Source: Chloroflexota bacterium
GTDB lineage: Bacteria > Chloroflexota > UBA11872 > VXNJ01
DNA length: 64,000 nt
Direction: 5' to 3'
Assembly (NCBI GenBank): GCA_965218195.1
Contig: OZ244593.1
Coordinates: 1,204,873-1,268,872, forward strand
Shown here: positions 29,664 to 39,408 of the stretch, piece after piece
Layout: each line of letters begins with the position of its first letter
Position numbering within the stretch: position 1 is the stretch's first letter
The notes under the pieces: model-generated
Databases searched by the model: none
Told to the model about the DNA's origin: nothing
What the model saw: only the letters and a program-made list of their open reading frames with translations
Program-made: the position numbers and the translations under genes

Positions 29664-30176
29664 TCAACGCGCAGGCAGTTCGGGCGCTTCTGACGGTTCC
29701 TCAGGGGCGCCAGGCGTCGGGCTGAGGGTTTCCCCAAGGCGAGCCGCCCGCTCTTTATTCCGACTGTGGGTTCCATAGACGAAGACACCGGCGAGTGAGG
29801 CGATGGCTGCAAGTACGGCGGCTATGCCATACGCCGGCTGCTCCCGCACAACGAACAACCCGGCAACTACAAGCGCGGCCAGCACGACGACACCGCCCAC
29901 CACCATTCCGGCCATGCTTTGCCGCGCATCGCTATTGATTACCGCCGTCTCGAGCTTCTGCCGATGCGCCTGCTGGCTTTCGGCCATTGTCAGGAGTCGG
30001 TCGGCAGACCCTGACAGAGTCTTTTCATACCGGGCTAGCGTGTCGGGATCCGGAATCGGACCTTGATGCAGCGACGCCACAATCGATGCCAGATGAGTGT
30101 CGCGTTCGGGCGGTTGGATCGCTTCGCTGGACTCATCCTCCGGCTCGTGACGCTGGACTGCCGCGTCCTCAGCCAA
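29664..30176 (-). CDS. DUF2335-family predicted membrane protein.
   Basis: GPIPDPDTLARYEKTLSGSADRLLTMAESQQAHRQ matches the DUF2335 core as I remember it (LPxPExLxxYxxIxPGxAxRIxxMAExxQxHR). It is followed by two TM helices. Confidence 0.5.
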   Translation of the reverse strand: MAEDAAVQRHEPEDESSEAIQPPERDTHLASIVASLHQGPIPDPDTLARYEKTLSGSADRLLTMAESQQAHRQKLETAVINSDARQSMAGMVVGGVVVLAALVVAGLFVVREQPAYGIAAVLAAIASLAGVFVYGTHSRNKERAARLGETLSPTPGAPEEPSEAPELPAR

Positions 30177-30187
30177 GCTCTTTCTAC

Positions 30188-30442
30188 CTAGTCTCGTGAT
30201 GCCTCGGCTGGCTGCGCGGTATCCATTATGTGCCGGTCTTCGTAGGTTCTGAACGCCGTCCGTAGGTCGTCGCCAACCGCTAGCCAGTCAGCCCAGGCGG
30301 CCAGGAGATCGGCCTGCTCTTCCGAATTCGCTGTGTTGTACTCGTTCAGCGTGCCGCCAAAATCCAGGATGCGCGCTATGCCGCCCAGCGCCGAAGGGTG
30401 TGCAAACAGGAGCGACGCACGCATCGTTGCCCGCTCTCTCAT
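30188..30442 (-). CDS. Hypothetical 84-aa protein.
   Basis: ORF with reasonable codon usage, co-oriented with the DUF2335 and HNH genes. No recognisable motif. Confidence 0.3.
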   Translation of the reverse strand: MRERATMRASLLFAHPSALGGIARILDFGGTLNEYNTANSEEQADLLAAWADWLAVGDDLRTAFRTYEDRHIMDTAQPAEASRD

Positions 30443-30580
30443 TACGGAACGGTTCCTTTCTCTAACTGCAGTTAGTTCTCTTGACTAAAGCGGAGTGTTT
30501 ACCTAGCCCTCTATCTATTTTATACGCGTTTGACATACCCAGTCGCACGCGGGACTTTCCAGCCTCGTCTTATCGAGACC

Positions 30581-30784
30581 TCATGACGTGATCTCGTTTA
30601 GGCGAGCGATCAAATACGCTCGGGACCTGTTGCCCTTCGTTCGATTGCAGTGCGAGCACAGAAGTTGAAGGTTATCCGGATGATCGGTCCCTCCCCTTGA
30701 TCGGGCTATTACGTGATCGACCTCGAAGACTCGGAAAGGGAACTCCGTCTTACAGCCGTTGCAGTGCCCTTCCCGCTCCGGCAA
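30581..30784 (-). CDS. Small HNH endonuclease (TTG start; may be a remnant).
   Basis: CNGCKTEF...EVDHVIARSRGGTDHPDNLQLLCSHCNRTKGN is a canonical HNH motif (two Cys pairs, His-Asn-His). Confidence 0.7.
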   Translation of the reverse strand: MPEREGHCNGCKTEFPFRVFEVDHVIARSRGGTDHPDNLQLLCSHCNRTKGNRSRAYLIARLNEITS

Positions 30785-30875
30785 TGTAGGATTTCGAGTT
30801 CCCTGAAAGACGCGCCGCCGGCGCGCGGAGCGTGGATTACAGGTGCCCTAACTGCAACTGCTTCTGGCTGCCGGC

Positions 30876-33077
30876 GTGATGGCCGGCGCGGCCGCTATGC
30901 TCCGCTGGGGGCCGTCGCTGGGAATGATCCCGGTGCTGGCCCTTATTGCTATCGCACTCGGACTGTGGAGGCGGCCCAAGGCCACGATAGCCGCGCTCAC
31001 GCTGTTGGCTTTCGGCGTGGGGATGGTCCGGGCCGCAACCCACCAATCCGTACAACCGCCCTTGATCGATACGTTCGAGCAAGGGATCGAGGTTCGCGTC
31101 ACCGGGCACGTAATCCGGCTCCCCGATCCCGATAAACGGCGGCCGCTTACGCTTGGAATCCGGTCCGCCGACCCTATTTCCGACGATCCCGACGGGGCTC
31201 GAACCGTTGGCGGAAGGGTCCACCTCTACTCGTTTTCGCCTTTGTACTCCGAAGGCCAGGATTTGGAAGTCAGCGGGATACTTAGGCTGTACGATCCGCC
31301 GCCCTCCGATCCCAAGCGATTCCCGATAGGCCGAATCGACCGCCCCGTGGTCCAGATTGTGCCGGGTTCCGGCGGGGGCGCGACCGGCCTGCTGGCCGAA
31401 GTTCGCGGTCGCGTCGACCGCGCCATCAAGCAGGCGCTTCCCGAGCCTCACTCGGCGCTGCTCTCGGCGATTCTGCTCGGAATACGGGCCGACATTCCCC
31501 GCCCGCTTATAAACGATATGAACGCCGCCGGCCTGACGCACCTCATAGCCATTTCGGGTTACAACATCACGCTGCTGGCCATGGTAATTCGGCGTCTTGC
31601 CGGTGTCTTGTTCGGCAGAAGAGCCGTGTTCGTCGTTATGGCAGTACTGCCGATGTATGCCGCCCTGGTTGGAGCGGACCCGCCTGTCGTCCGGGCGACG
31701 ATCATGGCGGAGCTCGTCCTGTTTGCCTGGATCGTGGGGCGTGAGAGTCATCTTCTGACGACCCTGATGCTTTCGGCGGCGGCGATGACGCTTGCAGACC
31801 CCGACATCCTGGGACAGGTGAGCTTTCAGCTTTCGTTCGTGGCCACGCTCGGACTCGTCACGCTGGCGCCGAGGATATCCGCGGCTCTCGGTTTCATGCC
31901 ACGACTCCTGGCGGAGGTCATCGCCGTGGCCGTGGCGGCGCAAATCTTGGTGTCGCCCCTGCTGGCCATTCATTTTGGCAGGCTGAGTTTGCTGGCCGTG
32001 CCCGCGAACGTGATGGCTACGCCGATATCGCCGTGGGTCATGTCGACTGGAGCCCTAACGTCGATCTGGTCGCTGGTGGGACTGCCGGGCCGGGAGCTCG
32101 CGGGGTGGACGGTCTGGATGCCGCTGGAATACCTGATCTGGCTGTCACGCTTCTGGGGAAGCATACCCCTGTCGCAGATCCGGATACCGCCAATCCCCGA
32201 TTGGGCCGTCGCGATGTCGTATGCTGCGATCGCCGGCTCGATCTGGTTCGCCTCCCGACCCGCTTTTCGAGAATCCCTCAAGCGGTTCAAGCTGAGAAAA
32301 TGGACGGCCGGTTCGGTCGCGGTGGGCACCCTGCTGATTCTGCCCTCCGTGGCGGCGGTAGGCGACTTGGCGCCCGAGTATTCGGGACTACGATTGATCG
32401 TCTTGCTCAACGGACGAGCGCCGACCGTCTACGGTAGAACTGAGTCGGGAGCGAATTTCGTGATCGCGGGCTCGACGCACGACGCGTACCTGATCGACCG
32501 TCTCTTCCCCTTCCATGATTCCGATATCGACGTTTTGATGCTTCGCGACACCGGCCCCAGCTCGACCGATCTGACCGCCGCCGTCGCTGAGCGGCGCCGA
32601 ATATCCCGAATCTGGGCGGCCCCGCTGGACATGCCCCGCCAAGTGCGGATGGAGGGATCTCCGCCGAGCATCGAGATCGACGGACAGATCACCGTCGAGG
32701 CGCTGTGGAGTCCGGGCCGGTCCGCCGACCCGGCCCTGCGGATCAACGCGAACGGATTCTCAATTCTGATCCCCCCCGTTCGACGCGCCTCCCATCACCC
32801 CTCCCCCAGCCTGGCGGGCGACGGTCTTGTTGCTGCCCGAGCGTTACCATCCCGGATACACCGAGCCTGGCTTCTTGAGGCGGACGGGCGTGGAAACCGT
32901 AGTGGCGGCCGGCGGACCTCGTGGACGAACGGTTATCGTCCCGGCCATGGCGCTGGGCCAAGGCACGGCACACACGGCGCTGGGCGTACGCTCCAAAACG
33001 GGCGCTCCTGTAGCATTTACGTGGGACGGCAGCACCTACACAATCGAATTCTCCGAGTAGAGCGCGAGCCTAAATAG
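30876..33077 (+). CDS. comEC: DNA internalisation competence protein ComEC/Rec2 (DUF4131 + Competence + MBL domain). The 3' end shows a probable +1 frameshift at the C7 run 32771-32777. The alternative C-terminus ends at 33060.
   Basis: LTHLIAISGYNITLLAMVI competence-domain motif. The tail of the annotated frame is R/G/H-rich low complexity. The +1 frame from 32770 encodes ...TVLLLPERYHPGYTEPGFL...VAFTWDGSTYTIEFSE, resembling the genuine ComEC C-terminus (VLxVPHHGS...). Confidence 0.8.
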   Translation: MMAGAAAMLRWGPSLGMIPVLALIAIALGLWRRPKATIAALTLLAFGVGMVRAATHQSVQPPLIDTFEQGIEVRVTGHVIRLPDPDKRRPLTLGIRSADPISDDPDGARTVGGRVHLYSFSPLYSEGQDLEVSGILRLYDPPPSDPKRFPIGRIDRPVVQIVPGSGGGATGLLAEVRGRVDRAIKQALPEPHSALLSAILLGIRADIPRPLINDMNAAGLTHLIAISGYNITLLAMVIRRLAGVLFGRRAVFVVMAVLPMYAALVGADPPVVRATIMAELVLFAWIVGRESHLLTTLMLSAAAMTLADPDILGQVSFQLSFVATLGLVTLAPRISAALGFMPRLLAEVIAVAVAAQILVSPLLAIHFGRLSLLAVPANVMATPISPWVMSTGALTSIWSLVGLPGRELAGWTVWMPLEYLIWLSRFWGSIPLSQIRIPPIPDWAVAMSYAAIAGSIWFASRPAFRESLKRFKLRKWTAGSVAVGTLLILPSVAAVGDLAPEYSGLRLIVLLNGRAPTVYGRTESGANFVIAGSTHDAYLIDRLFPFHDSDIDVLMLRDTGPSSTDLTAAVAERRRISRIWAAPLDMPRQVRMEGSPPSIEIDGQITVEALWSPGRSADPALRINANGFSILIPPVRRASHHPSPSLAGDGLVAARALPSRIHRAWLLEADGRGNRSGGRRTSWTNGYRPGHGAGPRHGTHGAGRTLQNGRSCSIYVGRQHLHNRILRVEREPK

Positions 33078-33083
33078 ACGGTC

Positions 33084-33923
33084 GTGACGCCTCTTCGCGG
33101 GGCGGAGGAATACTTGTCCTCAAGAATCTGTTTCGTGGGAGCCGGCGCGATGGGAAGCGCGGCGATTCGCGGCCTGCTGAAGAACGAAGTCTATTCAAAG
33201 AGCCAGGTCGTCGCGTGCGACGTCTCCGGCGAGATTCGGGCCAGAGTCGAGTCGGACCTGGGCGTCCTGGCGACCGGTAATTTAGAAGAGGCGATCGACG
33301 GCGCGGACACGGTGCTCGTCGCGGTAAAACCTCAGGACCTGGCCGCGGCGGGCGCGTCGCTGCGCGCGGGTCTGCTGCCCCACCAGCTAATCATCTCAAT
33401 CGTCGCCGGGGCGAGTCTGAGCACGCTGCGCGCGGTCACCGGGACCGACCGGGTGGTCCGGGCCATGCCGAACACGCCGACGCAAATCGGCCGCGGCGTT
33501 ACGCTCTGGACGGCTGCCCACGGAGTCGACGAGGGCGATCTCAAGAAGACCATCCGCATACTGGGAGCGCTTGGCGCGGAGATATTCACCAACGACGAAC
33601 GCCATCTCGACATGGCGACCGCCGTAAGCGCCAGCGGTCCGGCCTACGCGCTGCTAGTGCTCGAGGCGTGGATTGACGCCGCCGTGGGCATAGGACTTCC
33701 GAGAGACCTCGCTTCCCGCCTCGCCATCGAGACCATCCAGGGGACTATGGCGCTGGTCGAGAGCGCGGGAAGGCATCCCGCCGATCTTCGCGGCGACGTT
33801 ACCTCGCCCGGCGGCACGACGGCGGCGGCGCTGGACGAGATGGAGCGGGGGGCGCTGAGGGCGACGTTCTCGAAGGCTATTCAGGCCGCTTACCGCCGGT
33901 CGCGGGAGTTTGGCGGCGGCTGA
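33084..33923 (+). CDS. proC: Pyrroline-5-carboxylate reductase. The likely true start is TTG at 33114, preceded by GGAGG.
   Basis: ICFVGAGAMGSAAIRGLL NAD(P)-binding motif, 279 aa, and a C-terminal P5CR dimerisation region. Confidence 0.85.
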   Translation: MTPLRGAEEYLSSRICFVGAGAMGSAAIRGLLKNEVYSKSQVVACDVSGEIRARVESDLGVLATGNLEEAIDGADTVLVAVKPQDLAAAGASLRAGLLPHQLIISIVAGASLSTLRAVTGTDRVVRAMPNTPTQIGRGVTLWTAAHGVDEGDLKKTIRILGALGAEIFTNDERHLDMATAVSASGPAYALLVLEAWIDAAVGIGLPRDLASRLAIETIQGTMALVESAGRHPADLRGDVTSPGGTTAAALDEMERGALRATFSKAIQAAYRRSREFGGG

Positions 33924-34038
33924 GCGGCGAGAGCCGTTTCGTAAGGAAACAGCCGCCAAAACACGGCCCTTCTCGCCCGTATCCGCCCGCGCCAATAGAC
34001 TTGTTGGTTGAGAGCATCCGCGGAAGCGAGCTGAGCGC

Positions 34039-35379
34039 TTGTCTGATTCAATCGAAGACCTCGCGACATCGATAGCGGACGCCGTGGCGGGGCGAAAAGT
34101 GGCTTCGGGCGCCGCCCTCGACGAATGGCCGGTGGACGGCCTGGCGCCGCGAATTTACGTTGAGCCGCACACCGCGGAGGAGATGGCGGCCGTCCTAAAG
34201 GCTGCCAACGACGCGCGGGCGGCGGTCATCCCGCGCGGGTCCGGAACCAAGCTGGCGCTCGGCAACGTTCCTTCGGACTACCGGGTATGCGTCTCCACCA
34301 TACGTCTCGACAAGGTCCTGGAGTACACTCCCGCCGACATGACGGTATCGGTGCAAGCCGGCATCAGGCTTGCGGAGCTGCAAAAGACTCTGGCCGAAGA
34401 GAACCAGTTCCTGCCGCTCGACCCGCCCAACGGCGAGACCGCGACGATCGGCGGAATTCTTGCCAGCAATAGCAGCGGTCCGCTGCGCGCCGCCTACGGC
34501 AGTGCCAGAGACCTGCTGATAGGCATCAGGGTCGCGCATCCCGACGGACTCGTAACCAAAGCCGGCGGCAAAGTCGTAAAGAACGTCACGGGCTACGACC
34601 TCAACAAGCTCTACACAGGCTCCCTGGGAACTCTGGGCGTGATTGTCGAAGCGAATTTCAAGCTTCAACCACTGCCGGCGGTCCAGAAGAGCGTTCTGGC
34701 GGCACTGCCGGCAAAGGCCGCCTCGAAGGCGGTTGACGCGCTGGTGGACTCGGTCCTGATGCCGAGCTCGGTGGAGCTTTTCGACTCCCAGGCCTTCAGC
34801 CGGGTCTCCGCCAACGGGACCGCGAGCGGCGAGCGGGGGCTGCTCGTAAGATTCGGCGGCAACGCCAAGGCGGTGGACAGGCAGATTCAGGACACAAAAT
34901 CGATTTGCTCCGAAGCCGCCGGACTAGAGGTCTTGACCGGCGAGGAGCAGGAGCTGATCTGGAAGAATGCGCGTGAGATGCAGGTCTCGGCGGCCGCCGC
35001 CGGAGCGGCAATCTGCAAGATATCCGTTCTGTCGTCGGAAGTTCCCGGCGTGTTCGACGAAGTCCGGGCCGTGGCGGAGCCGGCCGGTCTGAATGCAATG
35101 GTCTGGGGAAGGGCCTTGAACGGAATCTGCCACGCGGCGATCTACGAGGCCGACACCAGTCCGGCCGCGGTCAGGTCGGCGATAGAGCTGCTGCGCGGCC
35201 GTCTCGGCGGCGGTTCGAGCTCTGTCGTCGTGGAGTCTTGCCCGCCCGCCGTTAAGGACGGCCTCGACGTTTGGGGCGGGACCGTGGATCCCGTCGCGCT
35301 TGAAATCATGAAATCTATCAAGGAAAAGTTCGATCCACATAAAACCCTGAACCCCGGGCGGTTCGTGGGGGGAATCTGA
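34039..35379 (+). CDS. FAD-binding oxidoreductase, glycolate oxidase GlcD/GlcE-like subunit (TTG start).
   Basis: FAD_binding_4-type N-domain (RGSGTKLALG, IGGILASNSSG), 446 aa, immediately followed by a GlcF-like Fe-S subunit. Confidence 0.7.
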   Translation: MSDSIEDLATSIADAVAGRKVASGAALDEWPVDGLAPRIYVEPHTAEEMAAVLKAANDARAAVIPRGSGTKLALGNVPSDYRVCVSTIRLDKVLEYTPADMTVSVQAGIRLAELQKTLAEENQFLPLDPPNGETATIGGILASNSSGPLRAAYGSARDLLIGIRVAHPDGLVTKAGGKVVKNVTGYDLNKLYTGSLGTLGVIVEANFKLQPLPAVQKSVLAALPAKAASKAVDALVDSVLMPSSVELFDSQAFSRVSANGTASGERGLLVRFGGNAKAVDRQIQDTKSICSEAAGLEVLTGEEQELIWKNAREMQVSAAAAGAAICKISVLSSEVPGVFDEVRAVAEPAGLNAMVWGRALNGICHAAIYEADTSPAAVRSAIELLRGRLGGGSSSVVVESCPPAVKDGLDVWGGTVDPVALEIMKSIKEKFDPHKTLNPGRFVGGI

Positions 35380-36708
35380 TTGGCCGGGGAAACTCAGATG
35401 ACGCTTGAAGAAATGGTCGGTTTTACCGATGTTGACGCGCCCGATCCCCGGCTGATCAATACGTGCATTCACTGCGGGCTGTGCCTTAACGAGTGTCCGA
35501 CTTACCGGTTGCTCAGGGTCGAGATGGACTCTCCACGGGGAAGGATCCAGCTCATCAAGGCGGTCGATGAAAGCCGCTTGTCTCTCACCGAGAAATCATT
35601 CGCCAAGCACATCTTCCTGTGCCTCGACTGCCGGGGCTGCGAGACCGCGTGTCCGTCCGGGGTCCAATACGGCCCGCTGGTCGAGGCGGCGCGCAGCCAG
35701 TTGACGGCCGCCGGAAACGTGCCGAAAGGCATCCGCGTCGCCAACTTCGTTCTACGCCATCTGTTTCGAACTCCCCGACGGCTCAAGCTGGCGGCCCGGT
35801 TGCTGCGGTTCTACCAGCGTTCGGGGTTGCAGCGCCTCGTCCGGTCCAGCGGCGTTCTAAAGCTCCTGCCCGGCAAGCTTGCGGACGCGGAGGCCCTGAC
35901 TCCGGTCATTTCGGACAGGTTCGTGGACGCCGGTTCGGTCGAGTTCGTACCCGCCGAGGGCGAGGCCCGTCACCGGGTGGCCTTCCTGTCCGGGTGCATC
36001 ATGAGCATTGCTTTCTCTGAAGTCCACGAAGCCTCGCTGCGCGTCTTGGCCCGCTCCGGCTGCGAGGTGGTCCTGCCGAAAGCACAGGTCTGTTGCGGCG
36101 CGCTGAGCTTTCACAACGGCGACCGCGAGACCGCGCGCGATCTCGCCCGCGCGAACGTGCGGGCGTTTGAAAAATCCGACGTGGAAGCGATAGTCGTCAA
36201 CTCGGCCGGATGCGGATCGACCATGAAGGAGTGGGGGGACATCCTGGCGGACGATCCCGACTACGCTGACCGGGCCAAGGCGCTGGCCGCGAAGGTCAAG
36301 GACTTCAGCGAGTGGCTGGCCGAAACAGGCGTTGGCGCCGATCTGGGGACCGTCGACGCGCGCGTAACCTACCAGGAGGCGTGTCACCTGAGACACGCGC
36401 AGAAGATCGTGGACGAGCCGCGCGAGCTCATCAGGTCGATACCGGGAGTCGAGCTTGTGGAAATGCGCAACTCGGTCCTGTGCTGCGGCAATGCCGGCAT
36501 CTACAGCGCGCTCAACACGGAGATATCGATGGGGATCCTCGACGACAAGCTCGACAACATCACGGCGACCGAAGCCACAACCGTCGTGACCACGAACCCC
36601 GGCTGCCAGATGCATGTCGCCGGCGGCCTAAAGGCGCGGGGCGTCAACGCCCGCGTCGTCCACATCGCGCAGCTTCTGGACGAGGCTATGACGGGGGGCC
36701 AACCGTAA
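35380..36708 (+). CDS. Fe-S oxidoreductase, glycolate oxidase GlcF-like (two 4Fe-4S ferredoxin motifs plus two CCG domains).
   Basis: CIHCGLCLNECP and CLDCRGCETACP cluster motifs. Cys-rich CCG-type repeats in the C-terminal half. 442 aa. Confidence 0.75.
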   Translation: MAGETQMTLEEMVGFTDVDAPDPRLINTCIHCGLCLNECPTYRLLRVEMDSPRGRIQLIKAVDESRLSLTEKSFAKHIFLCLDCRGCETACPSGVQYGPLVEAARSQLTAAGNVPKGIRVANFVLRHLFRTPRRLKLAARLLRFYQRSGLQRLVRSSGVLKLLPGKLADAEALTPVISDRFVDAGSVEFVPAEGEARHRVAFLSGCIMSIAFSEVHEASLRVLARSGCEVVLPKAQVCCGALSFHNGDRETARDLARANVRAFEKSDVEAIVVNSAGCGSTMKEWGDILADDPDYADRAKALAAKVKDFSEWLAETGVGADLGTVDARVTYQEACHLRHAQKIVDEPRELIRSIPGVELVEMRNSVLCCGNAGIYSALNTEISMGILDDKLDNITATEATTVVTTNPGCQMHVAGGLKARGVNARVVHIAQLLDEAMTGGQP

Positions 36709-36717
36709 AGAAGCAAT

Positions 36718-36740
36718 CGGGCGGGTCCGAGACCCGCCCC
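36718..36740 (+). terminator. GC-rich hairpin GGGCGGGTC-cga-GACCCGCCC just downstream of the glcF-like gene.
   Basis: Perfect 9-bp inverted repeat read from the sequence, with no U-tract. Confidence 0.35.
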
Positions 36741-36776
36741 TACCGTGCACCGCACGTATGGGACGGATACAGAGCG

Positions 36777-36805
36777 TTGACCGGCCAATGCTTGCTACTT
36801 AGACT
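36777..36805 (+). promoter_or_regulatory. Candidate promoter for rplY: TTGACC, 17-nt spacer, TAGACT.
   Basis: Hexamers with canonical 17-nt spacing lie about 120 nt upstream of the L25 start. Confidence 0.3.
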
Positions 36806-36924
36806 TTAGTAGTTGGGTTGCATGACTTGTCAGGCGGCGAATCCGCGCGGCCCGGCAATCCGAAGTAACCAGAACTCGAATACGAGTTCGCGCTCAATCG
36901 ATCTTCAGTGAGAGGCGTTTAGGC

Positions 36925-37602
36925 ATGGCGGGACGTCCGTCGGTGATGGTTCAGGACCGGGACTTGTTCGGAAAAAAGGTCGGACGGTTGCGGTCGCAGG
37001 GCATGGTCCCTATCAATCTGGTGATACCCGGCGACGATTCGCGCGCATTGCAGACGGATGAGCGCGAGCTGGTCGGCATCCTCAAGCAGACTGGTCAGTC
37101 CGGGCTGATCGAGCTCAACTTGCGAGATGCGATGGATATCGTGCTGATTGCCGACGTCCAGGTCCATCCTGTCACCCGACGCGTTCTTCACGTGGCGTTC
37201 AGGAGGATCGACCTGACAAAGTCCATAGAGGTGGCGGTTCCGATTGAATACGTGGGCGCTGCGCCGGCGGTGCTGGCCAGCGACAGGTTCGTGGTGAACG
37301 AACTACTCGAGGTGAACGTTCGCTGTCTGCCCGATGTTCTGCCGAGGTCCATCGAGGTGGACGTAAGCGGTCTCGATCAGGCGGGCGACGTTGTTCGCAT
37401 AGCTTCCATTACGCCGCCGGAGGGCGTAGGGATACTCAACGATCCCGACCAGGTAGCGGCGCGCGTCGAGTTCGAACGAGCTGAGGAGGAGGGGCCCGAA
37501 GCTGAGGATGAGTTCGGGCTTGCCGATGACGTTGCCGGCTTGGCCGGAGCGGCTGAAGAAGACGGGCAAGCCGGAGCAACGGCGCCGGGCTCGGGGTCTT
37601 AG
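36925..37602 (+). CDS. rplY: 50S ribosomal protein L25 / general stress protein Ctc (long form with acidic C-terminal tail).
   Basis: Ribosomal_L25p N-domain plus Ctc-type beta-barrel C-domain and an acidic Glu/Asp-rich tail. 225 aa. Confidence 0.8.
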   Translation: MAGRPSVMVQDRDLFGKKVGRLRSQGMVPINLVIPGDDSRALQTDERELVGILKQTGQSGLIELNLRDAMDIVLIADVQVHPVTRRVLHVAFRRIDLTKSIEVAVPIEYVGAAPAVLASDRFVVNELLEVNVRCLPDVLPRSIEVDVSGLDQAGDVVRIASITPPEGVGILNDPDQVAARVEFERAEEEGPEAEDEFGLADDVAGLAGAAEEDGQAGATAPGSGS

Positions 37603-37668
37603 GGACCCAAAAAACAGGCGGGCGCGACCGCCGCAATCGTCTATAGAACCCGGCCGGCCAGCCGTAAC

Positions 37669-39408
37669 CTAATCGTCGCCAAACAACTCCCGCGCCAGAT
37701 CGACCTCGGCTGAGCCGTCCGACCCGGGGAACAGCGCTTCGTCCGTCTTGCGGCGGCGCACCTTTTCGGGCTGGAAATAGCCCGTCCACGTTTCGGCGGA
37801 TTTCGAGCTGGCTCCGCCGTGTGTGGTTTCGCGCTGGCGCACCCGGCAGAGAACCGTGGTGTTGACGGCGGCGCCGGAGACGATGGCCTGGCCCTTCGAG
37901 AGCGCCGGCAATTCAGCCAGCAAGTCGCGGCCCATGCTTTCCACCGCCGACGCTACCGCGTTCTGGTCGACGGGATTGACGATTCGCATGATGCACTGGG
38001 TCATGCATTGCGACAGCACGTCCTGGTCGAGCTTTCCGGGGCGTTGAGTAATAAGACCAATCCCCATGCCGAATTTGCGTCCCTCGGCGAGTATTTCGGC
38101 GAGAAGGTTGCTTGTTGCAACTCCCCCGCCGGGCGGAGCGAAGCGGTGTGCCTCTTCGATCAACACGAATATGGGGAACGGTACGTGCAGCTCGTCTTGC
38201 GGGTCCGTTTCGCCGCGTTTGGTCTGCTGCCGCCCCTCGAACGCGCGTCTCAGAATGGTCGCGACGACGATCTGCTGGCTTCGACGGTCCATTCCGCCGA
38301 CCTGTAGGACGGAACACCGGCCCGGACGCAGAAGCGCTTGCATGTCGGTGTGTTTGTAGTCGTCGAACGCGCCCCGGCGGCCCAGGGTGTCCTGGAGCTT
38401 GAAGGTGAGAGCCTGTTTAGAGCTCCGATAGTCTTCCTGGCCGTCCTGGTCCGACCGTCCTCCGGAGAGGCGCGCGACATCCACTTTCTCGACGGCGCCG
38501 AGCAGATCGTCGAATATCCAGTTTTTGTTGCGGAGCGAGCCGAGCGCTCTGCGGGCGATTACCCGCTGAGGAGTGCTCACGTCTCCCAGCAGGTACAAAA
38601 TGTCATCGTGGTGCATGACGTTGCGGCGCACCACGAACTCGCCCTCGCGAAATATCTTGACCTCGGGCCGGTACTCGATTTCCGGATCGCTTCGACGAAA
38701 AGCGCTGATATTCGGTATTTGGTCCAGCGTGTCGTATTCCTCATGGGGGTCGATAATGAGTACGGCGGCCGCGTTGTTAGGACGCAGCAGCTCTTCGACT
38801 ATTACGCCCGCCAGATAGCTCTTTCCCGCTCCGGTTCCGGCGATGATCGCCAGATGCGTATTTGCGAACTCGTCGGCGTCCATCGAAACGGGCACTTCGC
38901 CATCGGCTCTCGTGAGCAGCGACCCGACGTGGACGGCGCCTGTTTCGCCGGGGTTCTTGCTGCTGAGAATCTGGGCCAGCGTTTGGGGTTCGGCGAGGTA
39001 GACGGGCAGTCCCGGCCGCGGGGCGATTCGCGGATTCACGAACCCCATGGTCTCGGAGAAATGGCCCATGATGGACACGTTGACCTCGTACAGCTCCGAA
39101 TCGGCCGACTCGAATCCCAGAATGCGGGCGACCTCGCCGGGCGGCGTGGCCGGGTCTGCCATGAACGCGTCGGGATAGAGCTTTAGATGAGTTCGGGACG
39201 CCACGCGTCCGAAGATTCGCCGACGGACGTCCTCAACGTCGTCCCAGTAGTAAATGAACTCGCCGATCTTTACGGCGCCCTCGCGATCGGGCGTAACGAT
39301 GGTGAAGTCTCCGGCGCTTTCGCCGGGGCCTTTGGTAGTGCCTATCGGAGGCGTGTAATCGCCCGCCGCGTTGAAGTTCATCTGGCCTGCTCGACCTTGA
39401 GCTTCCAC
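37669..39408 (-). CDS. herA: HerA-family hexameric ATPase/helicase (HAS-barrel + FtsK/RecA-like ATPase). The probable start is ATG 39381, overlapping the upstream stop (ATGA).
   Basis: Walker A IIAGTGAGKSYLAGVI, Walker B VFVLIEEAHRFAP, arginine-finger region LITQRPGKLDQDVLSQC, and an N-terminal barrel (KIGEFIYYWDD...IFGRV). Confidence 0.85.
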   Translation of the reverse strand: MEAQGRAGQMNFNAAGDYTPPIGTTKGPGESAGDFTIVTPDREGAVKIGEFIYYWDDVEDVRRRIFGRVASRTHLKLYPDAFMADPATPPGEVARILGFESADSELYEVNVSIMGHFSETMGFVNPRIAPRPGLPVYLAEPQTLAQILSSKNPGETGAVHVGSLLTRADGEVPVSMDADEFANTHLAIIAGTGAGKSYLAGVIVEELLRPNNAAAVLIIDPHEEYDTLDQIPNISAFRRSDPEIEYRPEVKIFREGEFVVRRNVMHHDDILYLLGDVSTPQRVIARRALGSLRNKNWIFDDLLGAVEKVDVARLSGGRSDQDGQEDYRSSKQALTFKLQDTLGRRGAFDDYKHTDMQALLRPGRCSVLQVGGMDRRSQQIVVATILRRAFEGRQQTKRGETDPQDELHVPFPIFVLIEEAHRFAPPGGGVATSNLLAEILAEGRKFGMGIGLITQRPGKLDQDVLSQCMTQCIMRIVNPVDQNAVASAVESMGRDLLAELPALSKGQAIVSGAAVNTTVLCRVRQRETTHGGASSKSAETWTGYFQPEKVRRRKTDEALFPGSDGSAEVDLARELFGDD

